Shown: positions 41,222 through 53,493 of the stretch, in pieces
Layout: the number at the start of each line of letters is the position of its first letter
How positions within the stretch are numbered: position 1 is the first letter of the stretch
NCBI RefSeq assembly: GCF_037042905.1
Contig: NC_087251.1
Span: forward strand, 7,192,001 to 7,256,000
Source of the DNA: Lytechinus pictus
Taxonomy: Eukaryota
Length of the DNA stretch: 64,000 nt
Direction: 5' to 3'
Notes under the pieces: generated by a model
Databases searched by the model: none
What the model saw: the letters and a program-made list of their open reading frames with translations, nothing else
Told to the model about the DNA's origin: nothing
Made by a program: the position numbers and the translations under genes

Positions 41222-44200
41222 CTACCTACATACAGTACAGGTTATTGTTATGCAATATCATCAAGGATCTCTGAAGCCAGGTGTTCTGCATGCGCATCTT
41301 TTTCAGCGAGTTGAAGAAACTTGAGAATATTCAATGTGCTGGCTACTCAATAGTCAAGCAGAAACCAACATAGTGCGTAGTCGTGTGAACCAAGTCTGAG
41401 GACTTGAAGCTAATAACTTTGTTTGCTTGATAGAGCAGAAAAAAAGTTCTGTGAGGACTGCAAACCAACTAATTGGACTTGAAATGATGTATGCAAAAAT
41501 GTAAATGAACTGTCTTATGTTTGCAATCCATCCTCCTTTACATACATTGTAAAGTACTATGAAAAGGAAAAGATATACAGTAGAAAAATCATGTGGTGTT
41601 TTAATTTGTATTTGTGATTATGTAATAATTGTAAACGTGTCCAGTATTTTTTATTAATTCATAAAACCAAGAGCAACTCAAATTTTTTTATCTGATAGAT
41701 CCTTGTAGCAGACATGTGGAAATGTGACTTAAGGAGCGGTATGCAACTTTTTGGTATGACAAAATGGGAGATAGGTACAAATGAAAATTTGAAGCATTAA
41801 CAGTGAAATAATGGGAGTAAATGAATTTTGTCTAAAATATGGTGTTATGGAGATGTTATATAAAATTGATAGATGATTAACGTGACGTATAAATGTTGCA
41901 ATTCATAAAACTGAAAACTGTAAGTTATGCACAAATTAAAAGCATGACAGGTGACCTGTTTTTTCCCAATTTTCCCTTGTTGAAGGTGGGACTGAATCTC
42001 CTATAAACCTCACAAAAGAAAAACATTAAACATTGCATTTACGGTAGATGGTTAAGAACTCAAAATTATTGTGAATCTGCTGTAGCAACCAAGAACAGGT
42101 CACCTGTCTCTCACAAAGAGCTTCATGAAATACCTTTCAGATATCACAACAAAGGTTCTTACAAATATGCATGAGAACTTTATAAAGGAAGTTCTCCAAA
42201 GTGCTCTGATTTTGTAAATGAAAGATTCTATTATAAAGTTTCTTTATATGAGTGTGTAAATTGCAATCTAGACGAAACAATAATAGTTGATGACACAGAG
42301 TAGACTACTGCCTCATTTAGTAATCAGTATTCAATATTCCTGTTGATGTGTGACTTTAATATTATGGATTATTCAACAGCTCAATGCACTGCAGAGTACA
42401 AGCTAATAACGTCATAGCACAAAAATATGAAATGAATATTTGTAAATAGTTGCACTTGTTTGCCAGTAGTATAGATTAAGTACCTTGTAGGAATATATGT
42501 ATCTTTTAATATCAGGTTTCTTATGACACTGCTCTCAAATTATGAGATATGGATGAAATTCATGAAATATATGTTCATTGAAATGAACATTTGGTAGTAT
42601 ATGCTTCCAGTGTCTATATGCGAGTTCCACCCAAAGAGAACTGATTGAATGTACTGGTTAACTGAAGTCACATGGTTAGTGAAAACGCATTGAAGTCATT
42701 GTCTAGTTATTTTTATGTAGTTCTTGTGACAAAGGGAAATTAATAATTCATTAAAGATTTAATTGACCAACTTCCTGTAGTTTTCATACTAATTGATGTT
42801 ATCAGACCAAATATTCTTGGACCAGCTTTGAATTATCCTTTTCCTGTATTAAATGAAATTCAAGACACTCTGTCCATCCATATCATTTTGTCAAAGAAAT
42901 TAATCATTTATTGTTAAGTTGATCAAATTAATTGCAATTCTTTTCAAAACAGCTCCCTCCCCCAAACTGTGCAAAACAAAGATTAAAAAAAAGTTAGTAT
43001 ATTCCTCCTCAGTATGCTGCAACACATGGGCCAAATATGTTTATATCAGAAGAGTGTTTTTTGTGTTGAAACAACATTAAAGGTGCTAGTGGAACAAATT
43101 AAAAACAATCTGTGAATATTTCTTGTACTAGGAATTACCCACTGATATATTTTAGTCAAATATATGTTAGCTTTTTCTTCCTTCAACTCTTTTTTTAAAT
43201 CAATTTTAAATATATTCTTAAATTCCATTGCAGTTTTTACTTATACATTATTGTCCCCACCTCTTTTCCAGATGAAATACCTTTAATCTAAATTCTATAC
43301 CAAATCAAACAACAGTACTTTATTTGTTTATATTGACTTGTACTTACTACTGTCCTTTGTTATTAACGTTAGTACTATTATTGAAATTGTATTGACATCT
43401 GTGACATAATCATAAGTTCAATTTTAAATGATTTTTTTGTTAATGTTTATATACAAAATGAGTTAAAAAGTAATTTTACTCTTATCTCATATACAGTCAA
43501 GGGAAGATGTTCAAAATTTTATTTGACAGATGACAGAAAATGGAAGTAAGAAGAGCACTGTCTTCTATTCCTGTATTATTTGCATTTTGTTAATGGGTTG
43601 GAGTACTACCAAAAATTTTCTGAAATCTATTAGATCTTTGATATTGGTAAAATAAAAATTCTTTTTCCAAGTTAGTAATCAACAATCCTTCCATATTTAT
43701 TTAATTATTTGATGCAATTTATTGTTTACTACTCCATACTTGCACATGCTTTTAATCAAGAGGAATTTCAGTTAACTTAGAAAAATGTAAAATATTTAGT
43801 TTTTATACCCACCTGACGAAATTATTAGTCCTCACTTTATTCTTTAGAGTTATTTTTTTTAAATATTTGATCATGGATGGGTGCATTCTAATAAATTTTA
43901 GTTGGTTTCTTTATTTGCTCATACTGATTAAAATATTGATTCATTATGTTAATTGTAAAATTTTAATTGATGGATATCATACCCCTTTTCAATGAGATAT
44001 GGATAATATTGTCTTTCTATTAATCTAATTTATTGTCTTTTAATGATAAAAAATGTGCATTTTGAGAGGATACCAGTTGGAGATAATTATTTGTTACTCA
44101 TGTGAATTTTATCATGCTTTCTTATCTTTGTAATAATGTATTCTTATTTATGCTTGCAAAGCTTAAACTGTATATATGTGTACATTTGTCTTTTATAAAG

Positions 44201-45060
44201 AGCACTTACTGTGTAATACTTTATGGACAGTTGCTAATTTGCTATGTATCCATTGCAAATAGCCATCTGCACTCGCATTTGCAATGGAGATTCTAATAGG
44301 TTCAGTTTAGTGTGTTTTGAGATAGTCTCCTATCAAGTTTATTTATTATAATTTCATTGTTTTCAAGTCCTTATTCATTGAGTATTTAATTTTTAAATTT
44401 TTTTTAAAAAGAACTTTGTATTCAACATTTCATTTAAAAATAAACTGCTGAAATACCAACAAGTCACAAATTTATCATAAAATTAAGATTTTACAAGAAT
44501 TTTCATTAGTATTTTATAGTGCTCAAGACGTATACAGATATAAAGTCACCTGTCTTTTCTTTTTACATGATCTGCTACTTAACAAAATTACATCAAGGTT
44601 AATTTGGATCATAGGCCATTACAAAATAATGGAAATTATTTCATTGCAAAATTTTTAATTGCCATTTATAGGTAAAAGTGTAATTTAAGAATGAAATCCC
44701 TGAAGTCTATTTTGTCCTTTGAAGTGTTTGTGCTACATTGGACCTGATGACTTAATTTTTAGTTGATTCTGTTATTTTATTTTATTTTATTTTATTTATC
44801 AGTTATTTTTAAAGTACAATATGATATTACGAAAGCAAAAATCAAACAGTTTAGTGAAGGAGGCTATAAGAACCAAAGACTCATTGTAGTATTGATCTTG
44901 GGAATTAAATACTGTATTTCATTCTTCCTACATTTTTGTTTTATTTATTTGTAAAGAAAAAAAAACTCATCATATATCAAGGTGGGGCAATTATGTACAT
45001 GCTGTAGTTATACTTATGCTTTCTATTGTGTCAAGTCTGTGAAGTTTTTGGAAAAGACAA

Positions 45061-45066
45061 AATAAA
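45061..45066 (+). promoter_or_regulatory. Candidate PTK7 polyadenylation signal (alternative at 44439)
   Basis: AATAAA followed by a T-rich tract at the end of a long AT-rich, repeat-poor stretch after the stop codon; not verified. Confidence 0.3.
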
Positions 45067-45305
45067 AAAGATTTTTTTTTTTGGTATAAATTGGATAGAT
45101 ATTAAAGGCTAGTTGACATACTGTTTGACTGACCTCCAAGATTGTGTGCATGCAACATTACTAGTAGAACCATGTATCCCATTGTCAAGTTTCCATGTTT
45201 TTGTTTGTATAATGCAGACAAACAAGAATTAAAAGTCATGTTCTTAAGAAAATGAGGCCAACTTAGCCTGTTTTTGTTGTGGTATGTTATGATGATGAAC
45301 CAAAT

Positions 45306-45580
45306 GGTCTGTATTTTGAAATCGGGTATTTAAGTTAAACCATAGTTTAATTATGTGCTTTTTTAAAACTTTATTCAACCTGTGTAGATTTGATTCATTT
45401 CGTATGCTTTAAATGGGAGAATATGTTATTTACCATTCTTAGGAAATACTGATATATCAAGTGCAAAATGCCCATTGTTTGGACCTCTACAAGAAGAGAT
45501 GCCTGTCACATTTGGCTACCCACATTTAAACAAAAACTTTATACCAGAGTTTAGGTTAAACCATAGTTCAAAATACAGTG
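45306..45580. mobile_element. Decayed MITE
   Basis: ctgtattttgaa / ttcaaaatacag inverted ends; gttaaaccatagtt subterminal motif on both sides. Confidence 0.5.
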
Positions 45581-45593
45581 GTTTTCAGTAGTG

Positions 45594-45845
45594 TTAATAA
45601 TAATAGGCATTTATATAGTGCCATCTATCTAAAAATATTCTATTCAAAGGCGCACAAGAAAAGAAAGAATGAGAGTTCGGATGTGTCGAAGTGCCAATAA
45701 CTAATACTGTTAGAAAAGATAAGACTTCGATTTAGAGTTTAAGGTCTCTAGTGATGGTATGATTTTTCAATTCAACGGCAAATTGTTCCAGAGAGACGGT
45801 GCTGAAGCAGAGAAAGCTTGCGCACCATATGAGTTCCATGACATT
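45594..45845 (-). mobile_element. 5'-truncated L2/CR1-clade LINE 3' end
   Basis: Minus strand translates SYGAQAFSASAPSLWNNLPLN*KIIPSLETLNSKSKSYLF*, the typical ORF2 C-terminus, followed by a short 3' UTR ending ctatataaatgcctattattattaa. Confidence 0.85.
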
Positions 45846-46067
45846 GGCTTCTCCGACAATTACTCTCATAAAAAATTTGTGCATGAAGCCAAACAAAAGC
45901 CAAGCTTCAAACCTAAAAATCCCAACCTTAATCATCAAAGAAATAAGCAGAGGAGCAATGTTGTAGAAGCAAATGTTACCTGTTGGACTAATACTTACTG
46001 GTGTTGGATAAGCTAGCTTAAAACCAAAACTTCATTTAGGGCAACAACCGCTGGACAGACCAAGATG

Positions 46068-46965
46068 TGGTTTCATAAAACTGTTATAAAATCATTAGTG
46101 ACTGATGACCTGTTCTTTGCTGCCAAATCATATTCTCGTTTTAATTCCCATTCAATAGCAAAACTTGAAATCTGAACTTTGTAGATTAAAAATCTTGTTT
46201 CTGACAAGATTTGTTATCAATATTTGATTATAAAACCTCAAGGGAGATGATATATTTTTTGTTACTGAGGTACAGAAGATGAAACTGGTATCATTGAAAG
46301 GCTTAATTATTCCTCTTTACTATGATGTGCCATCTGCTGTGATTATGTAATCATGGAATGTGCAGTTACCCTGAATATAGGGAAAAGTCAAAAGTGGAAT
46401 GTTGTAAAATGCATTGTTTTCTAACCAGAGTCTCGATTTCTATAGAATTTTGACCATGCAGACGGGCGTCGGTGAATGTTTTGCTTGGAGTGAAAGCTTC
46501 CAATAAAAATTCAGTAACAATGAAACTAACATCTCATTTTTTTTAAATTCAACCTAAAACTTTTTGAAATGACAAGGTTCAACATTATTCCAAACACATT
46601 CAATCCATTGCACAAATGAGAATACACAATGTGTATATTTCCAGGTATCAATTCATCAACATCATTCAAACTTGGTCCATCCTCGAAACAATTGGAAATT
46701 TGCTATTGGAACGAACAAATTTTGCAACATTTCATTTTTGACATTGCTGCATATTTATGTCTGCGCATTCCATGATAACATCAGCATTACAAATTACACA
46801 CGATTGTGACTGTAAAAAGGAATATTCATGCTTTCCTTTCGAAGGCTTACTAATGATTTTAGTACCGCTCAAACTAGAGTTGCAGAAATTTTTTTGAGGG
46901 GTTTAGTATAGGAATAGGTCACCAGTCATACATAACTTGCAGACAGCTTTACGAGACACCACCCT
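46068..46965. mobile_element. GGTGGTGTTTCATAAAGCTGT-family MITE with probable nested insert (46231-46906)
   Basis: Outer inverted ends gtttcataaaactgt...tgacctgttc / gaataggtcaccagtca...acagctttacgagacacc; inner taaaacctcaa / ttgaggggtttag; related copies near 22200-22490 and 41915-42110. Confidence 0.55.
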
Positions 46966-47131
46966 GAATACGTTCAAAGGAAATTAATGGCAAACAGCCC
47001 ATTTACAAAATCTAACCAGCAAGAAATTGATTACTGTCTCCAATTCCCCCTAAATCACCTTTGATCATAGCCTCGACTCCCCTGATATCACTGCTTCCAA
47101 TCCAACCTTTCAGTCCCATGACCCTAGTAGT

Positions 47132-47276
47132 TAGGCTCGGTAACAAAAGTTTGCAATGAATCAAGAACCATTCTGATTGGTTCCTGGTCAATGAACAAAG
47201 TGCTCATGCAACAATTAACTCGACAGGTTAATTATCATTTAGTGATTAATGCAAACCTTCATGTTATGGAACCCAA
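47132..47276. mobile_element. Decayed hairpin MITE, GGGCCCGTAACACAAAG family
   Basis: ggctcggtaacaaaagtttgc ... gcaaaccttcatgttatggaaccc. Confidence 0.55.
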
Positions 47277-47959
47277 CTTGTTACATACTTACACATGACT
47301 TTCCAATTGACTGGAACATATTCTTGTGCTAAATGAAATAATTTTTCATGTTATTTCACATTACAAAATTTGAAATATGTTTAAAGATTTAAATTCTCAT
47401 TAACAAGCGTTCACTGCAAAATCAATTGTCAAAATTTAAATAAGTTGAGGAAAATTCATTCCCAATTTGTAAGACATCAGGGAATATTTACGATTCGACC
47501 TGACATTATTTGGTAGTCTGGCCCATTCATTTGTAAAGTCTTGCATAACTTAAGTTCCAGACCACTTGCCTTTTCAATATTCTCAATCTTGCTTTAATTT
47601 ATGTATAAAATCTCAAATTTCAAATACCAACTCCATAAAATGTTATTACCTGTAAAATTATAGTTTTTTTTAATATCATAAACTTCCACCACTTTGCTAC
47701 TTGTTCAATATGTCAGCCAGCTTTTATACAAAACTTCATTAATAAAAAAATTAATGAGAATTGTTTTTAAAATGACTTTAATATGCAATTAAAGTAACAT
47801 AGCAGTGCATACATTCAGATTGAGAATCATTACACAATATAATATTTGAAAATCAACAGATATGTTGATGATTTATTGAACCTTCCTTTAATACTTTGTA
47901 AGATAAACATTAAATAATTTAATATCAAAACATCACTGACAATGTCCTGAAGATGTCAT

Positions 47960-48439
47960 CTTTGTAATCCAATTTAAAGGTTTTGAAAACGAAAAATTGC
48001 GAAAGCCAATTTTTTCCTTACGTATTTCTTTGTTTTTAGAATTTCTCATGTATTTCTTTGTTTTTTCACCTTCTGTTTTTCATTGTTTTTTTCAATAAAA
48101 ATTAATACAGACCATTTAACAACTAAACTGAACGCTCAATTAATCAAGCAGACCAATTAGGACGAAAAACAATCACCCTTTTATTAATTTCATCTCCCAT
48201 AGACTTTGTACACAAAGTATAAAAATGAGCCATTTTCGGCATGACATTGCCTTGTAAAAAGTCATGTGATGTCGCGATGCTATACCCTATGTCGCGATTT
48301 TGGTCTCAAAAGTTGCGCGAGACTTCAAAGAAAAAAGTCATAAAATTTTGCGGCGTTATCTTTTTGCGTTTCGGAAATATCGCGCGAAGCGTCGAGGGGG
48401 CCCATCATGGCCCCCCCCCCCCAGTCCTTTTAGGGTTAA
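47960..48439. mobile_element. piggyBac-like non-autonomous element, right end
   Basis: Ends ggcccccccccccagtccttttaGGG-TTAA; a similar end occurs at ~60800-60827. Confidence 0.55.
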
Positions 48440-48629
48440 GATGCCAAAAGGCACTATAAAGTTTTCCAGAACTTTCGCAGAACCACATTACATGATGGTT
48501 GGAGGTTAGGCTCGTGGGGGACAGTACCCACTAAAGTTATATTTTCTGGTAATTTTGGATTACAGAAGAGCAGAATCAGAGCATTATACCACTTCTTTCT
48601 AAGTATTCTTTTTTTTTTTTAGATGTTGT

Positions 48630-49032
48630 GTATCTTGGTTGCTCAGTGTGTCTCCTGCTTCCTTTATTTGCATTGATTCTCCTTTCATTGAGTTCATGTT
48701 CTCACAAACTCACAGTCGACATAGATATTCTAGATAGAGCAAGACGAGTTTAGGTGTCTGTGTCTCTGTTGTTACGCACTTCTCTTGCTTTGTTTACTTA
48801 GAGTCTACTTCATTTAGTTCATATTCTCAACAAGCAATAATTGAGATGGATAACTACATTGAGCAAGGAGAGTTCATGTGTCATGTATCTTGGATCCTCA
48901 GTAAGTCCTGCTTGACTGCTTCCGTCTATTGCTTTAGCTTCTACTTCATTGAGTTCACATTCTCATCCAGCAACATTTGAGTCAGATATTCTAGACAAAT
49001 CAAAGATGAGTTCATGTATCTTGATTACTCAG
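48630..49032 (-). repeat. Diverged ~130-bp tandem triplication spanning the POLR1C stop codon and 3' UTR
   Basis: ttcatt(g/t)agttca..ttctca at 48684, 48809 and 48945; gtatcttg....ctcag at 48630, 48885 and 49016. Confidence 0.75.
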
Positions 49033-49136
49033 CATATCAAGGTCTTGTTGGAATGTCTTGCACTTTGCTCTCAGAATCTTGATAGCCTCAGAGACCAGTT
49101 CATCAGGGAGAAGAGCTCCAGTTGACTCCACAGAGA
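49012..49136 (-). CDS. POLR1C: POLR1C last coding exon (TGA stop)
   Basis: tttcag|TC TCT GTG GAG; [41 protein letters not shown]. Confidence 0.95.
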
Positions 49137-49919
49137 CTGAAATACAAAATAAGAGATACCAATACCCATCCGGTTACTACATACAACTTAAAGAGTATCA
49201 AAGGGACCATTCCACTACCACGATTTGGAGGGTGGAATAGTAATCGGTTGAAATTGGGAGCAGTGTAGCAACAACACTGTGAGGACTGGGTGACAGCAGG
49301 AATTTATGCAAATCAGAAAGATAAGCATGAAAATCTGAAATATTCAAAATTCCATACCGACCTTCCCAATAATAATAGATGGACCTATTCAGCGCTTTTT
49401 GCCTGATAGAAAGCGCAACTATTATTACCCCAGCTTTAGCTCGAGCTACGACACCCATTATTTTGAAAGTCACATTCTCCCAGTGATAGTTTATTTTTCC
49501 CAGATCCTGTGTAATTTGTAGGATTGCTAAATCGTAGCAAGATATGAACGCTGGAACAGGGGCGTAAGGAAGGTTCGATGACAAAATTCGCACATTTCAC
49601 AGTAGCCTTCACTATCACCCATTGTGTTGTACATGAGGAAACTTGAGGACTGCAAATGTAAAGACATTGCAAAATTCTTCCTAAAAGTTACATTCATGAA
49701 CTACTCAAATATTTCTAAATGTAACTTAATGTCATAATGCACAGAAACATGAGACAATAAAGACATATTTATAAGTTAATTTACAAGTTGAAATGAGTAA
49801 ACTAGGCAGAGAAATTTAAATGACTATACAGTAACAATACATGGAAAACATTAGTATAGATGTAAAATATAGAAAGACGTACACTGATCCAGAATTACTC
49901 TTGCTAACCTGAAAATAGT

Positions 49920-50068
49920 CAATGTTCATGGGGTGAAATTGTGTCACATCATTGTTACAGACATGTCACATTGGATATCCACAGGGAATGTATTCATTCT
50001 TTCTCTAGCATTCATTATACGACACAACAGACATAGAGAAGACTGTTGTGGGGTTTTCATAGAATGCT
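49920..50068 (-). ncRNA. SNORA14: Box H/ACA snoRNA, SNORA14-like, copy A (last POLR1C intron)
   Basis: Minus strand: hairpin GCAUUC...GAAUGC, H box AGAGAA, second hairpin, ACA+3 nt (ACAUUG). Pocket AUCCAA / AUUUCACC is complementary to 18S GGUGAAAU-UC-UUGGAU, with 14 nt from the pocket to ACA. Confidence 0.85.
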
Positions 50069-50362
50069 ATGTAATGGATTGAAGCCCTTAAATTTTTTTA
50101 TTTTCTCTCTTCTAACTAGTAGCAACACTACTATGCGTTTGATATAAAGTCTTCACTATTATATATTTTTTTGTTAACAACTGAGAATGATTATTTGAAA
50201 TACTTTCAAAAGGTACCACTTTTCCATTACAATTATTCTTAGTTCTTGACCAATAAAACTTATAAAGGTTGATTCTATCCCACTTACTAACTTCAAAATC
50301 ATTTTTAAACATATATTTTGTGAATTGATAAAAACAGGACATCAAAATAATGCAATACTTAC

Positions 50363-50411
50363 ATATGAAGTGATCCCGAATTCTATTCAACTTCACACAA
50401 TCTTTGAGGTC
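50363..50411 (-). CDS. POLR1C: POLR1C coding exon (49 nt)
   Basis: atttag|GAC CTC...ATA T|gtaagt; DLKDCVKLNRIRDHFI, compare human KLKKVVRLARVRDHYI. Confidence 0.92.
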
Positions 50412-50775
50412 CTAAATTGAGGGAATGAAATTGAAAATATGTGAAGCAAGAAATGGTTGAAAATAATTTTATATCTTAATTTACTGTGAAATAAACTAAC
50501 CAAAATATTTTTAAAAATGCATTAAATGTGCAAGTATATATCAAACTAGGTATCAATTAATACCATATATATGGATGTCAATATTTTACTAGACTATAAG
50601 GCACAATGTAAATGAGAGAAAAGAGAGAAGTTCTCAGTTCATCACGTCTGCAAGAAGCACACAAACTGATCACACATAAAACTAACTGGAGGAATATAGG
50701 GACATTTTTCAGCAACAACTAAATAATATTTAATATATTCACACAACAGTAATGAATCAAATTTGCAAAAATAGT

Positions 50776-50924
50776 CAATGTTCATGGGGTGAAATTGTGT
50801 CACATCATTGTTACAGACATGTCACATTGGATATCCACAGTGAATGTATTCATTCTTTCTCTAGCATTCATTATACGACACAACAGACATAGAGAAGACT
50901 GTTGTGGGGTTTTCATAGAATGCA
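50776..50924 (-). ncRNA. SNORA14: Box H/ACA snoRNA, SNORA14-like, copy B (POLR1C intron 50412-51451)
   Basis: Near-identical to copy A; boxes and pockets intact; same strand as host gene. Confidence 0.85.
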
Positions 50925-51057
50925 CTACTTGATGATAAGAATATACTTGCCCAGTTGCCTTGGTATCTTACATTGAGTGGTGAATAAGTCAAAAAGCTGT
51001 TTGTAACATTACACATTTCTTTACAAATGACTGGAATATTAAGTGCCAAAATTTGGT

Positions 51058-51193
51058 CTGGGGCCCGTAACACGATGCTTAGCAATGATCGTAGACACAT
51101 TTGTCTATGATTGATTGCATTGACTACAATGTACAATCAATCGTAAAAATCAAGAGTACGATTAATGGCTAACCTTTGTGTTACAGTACCCTG
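51058..51193. mobile_element. Hairpin MITE, GGGCCCGTAACACAAAG family
   Basis: Colinear and similar to 21996-22129. Confidence 0.8.
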
Positions 51194-51451
51194 ATGTTTT
51201 TATAAAGAATGAATATATCAATTCACATATTATGCACTTTTAAACAAAATTGTCTCATTTACCACCTCACTTTACAGAGAAACGTACCAAACACACAGAT
51301 TACTACTCAAAATAAATCTACAATGATGCCTTTTTCAACAAAACAGGATTCATAGTTCAACATGGGATAAGGTACAATTTCACAGTGATGTTAGGAAAAC
51401 ACTTAGTAAAAGATGTACATTTTCCTGTTTGTGGGCAGGCAATATACTTAC

Positions 51452-51519
51452 ATCATGTGAGAAGACTTCTCTACTACACGTATCTTTCCTTGGACAAGCT
51501 ACTACTGCTACAGGAACAC
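51452..51519 (-). CDS. POLR1C: POLR1C coding exon (68 nt)
   Basis: ttacag|GT GTT...GAT|gtaagt; GVPVAVVACPRKDTCSREVFSHD. Confidence 0.92.
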
Positions 51520-52009
51520 CTGTAATAACATCATATTAACCTCTTAATGAATATTTGATTCAATACATTTTAAAATCGAATGTCTTGCTTCACAATGATT
51601 TCAAATTATGTCTGGTTTGTTATGCATATTTTGGTATTCAATCATTCCCAGATGTAACATCATGCTGACCCAATCTAATCGATAAATAAAGTAAAAAGAA
51701 AAAAAAAAAATACAAAAAACAAATGTTATTCGTTATATAAACTAGCAATGTTTATTGGAAGGGGGGGGGGGGGGTAGTTTGGTTAGTGCTGAAACTTTAA
51801 TTACCATTTCCTTTTGAAGCTGGAGAGTAAGATTAGCATTCTGAATGGAAAATTGCATATTTTTCTAATTTGATTAGGCTTATAAGAAATTCTCCTGCAT
51901 ATGCTAAAAGCATCTAAATGGTCACCAATATTTCATCTAGCCATGCATAGCTTAATGAAACGGTCCCTATCTGTCGATATTTTGTTTAACATTTCTCTTC
52001 TTTCCTTAC

Positions 52010-52129
52010 CATTTCTTTTCTCTACCTCAATTACTCCAGGAGAAAAACACTGTTGAAGTTTCTTTGCCCTCTCTCCTATGATATTCTCGGTCAATTTGAT
52101 CTCGGGCATAAGACGATACGAGGCAGTTG
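52010..52129 (-). CDS. POLR1C: POLR1C coding exon
   Basis: gtgcag|CA ACT...AAT G|gtaagg; ATASYRLMPEIKLTENIIGERAKKLQQCFSPGVIEV. Confidence 0.96.
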
Positions 52130-52949
52130 CTGCACGGACAAAGAGAAATAATAGGGATAGTTCCAAATAATAAGGGCATTCTGAATAATACTGATAAGGA
52201 AGAGTTCTTTAGAACACAAAAATTAGGTTGAGTTTTGTTGTTTAGCTGTATAAAACCGTGTCTGCATGGCCATAACGGTACCTTTGTTTGACAGAACAAT
52301 GCCTTACCCAAAACTAAAACCCAACTCATCCCAAGACCTTGGTCAGTCAATCAGTGTATAATAAAAACATCAAATGAGCAGACTCAGGGCCTTGTCTATT
52401 GGTCATGGGGTCTGTAACAAAATTGATGAATTTGGGATTTCTAAATAGTTGAAATTAATTAGAATGAAACTTGTATTAATTGAATATTTGTAATATCACA
52501 GAGAAATATCATGAATCTTTGATAGGAATGGATTATATTAGTTGTTACAGAGAAACAATGTGTCCTATTCTCAGTAATAGAACTCACAAACTGTATGGCT
52601 GAAAATAAGGGATAATATTGCACACAAGTTTCATGAACTAGGTCCATATACTTTGTAGGTTACCACATTTCAAAACCTTGGTTAAGATTTCACTGTTGAC
52701 GACTCCGCAGCTGTCAGAAAAATGGCGCCTATAGTCTCGCTTTGCTATGTAGGCAAGACAAAAATTGAGAAATCCTTTAGAAAAGATAGAAATAAGTGAT
52801 CTAACTTCAGATTCTCCGACACTCATATCCCATTGACTTTGTACACAAAATGTTGCTGAGCTTTCTTACTAATATTTATTGTGTCTGAATGAACCCTAAT
52901 TAATTGTATTTTAAACAAGTACAGTATGCAACGTGAAAGGTGAACTGAC

Positions 52950-53082
52950 CTACTGGAGAAAACTTAGCATGATCTTTACCAACTCCTTTCACACAATGCA
53001 TTTTAAGATCAATCTCCTGGCCTGGTCTCAGCTTCGCTATCAAGATATCATTGTCAACTGGTGCAAATGCTTTAGGTCCATG
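52950..53082 (-). CDS. POLR1C: POLR1C coding exon
   Basis: gtttag|CAT GGA...GTA G|gtcagt; [37 protein letters not shown]. Confidence 0.96.
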
Positions 53083-53493
53083 CTAAACAAGAAATTCAGA
53101 GCATATTTGAGTTATCAAAATCTTATGCAATGGAATTAGTCAAACTTAACTGCCCAGTTTAGGTACTTAAAGGGGAAAAAATCCAAGATCATTCCCCCCA
53201 AATCCTGCTCTTGGTTCTATTAGGGACATTCAACCAAACATCTTATATCCTACTGGACAAACTTCACAACAAATTGCTGTAACATGGGCATTATGACGGT
53301 CTCAGAGTTATAATAAACTGAACCTTTTACTTCACTTATTAGAATATCAAATAAACTTCCTGTGAATTTGTTTTTCAACAATATAAGGGTAGAATGTTTA
53401 AAGACTTGGAAAGGCAAATTGATTGTAAATATTTATAAACAAAAAAGACAGAAAAGAGGTACACTGAAACACTCTTGCTAACCTGAAAATAGT

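Noticed and set aside
48470-48509. ORF tail AEPHYMMV resembling human PTK7 AEPHYMV
   Set aside because: Only a 6-residue match with no flanking kinase similarity; the true exon (39911-40143) reads SEPQLMI; chance match next to a transposon end
48900-49014. TGA stop followed by ATGA-rich repeats as possible selenocysteine readthrough/SECIS
   Set aside because: Further in-frame TGA and TAG stops follow within a few codons, the protein is already full length, and no convincing SECIS fold was seen
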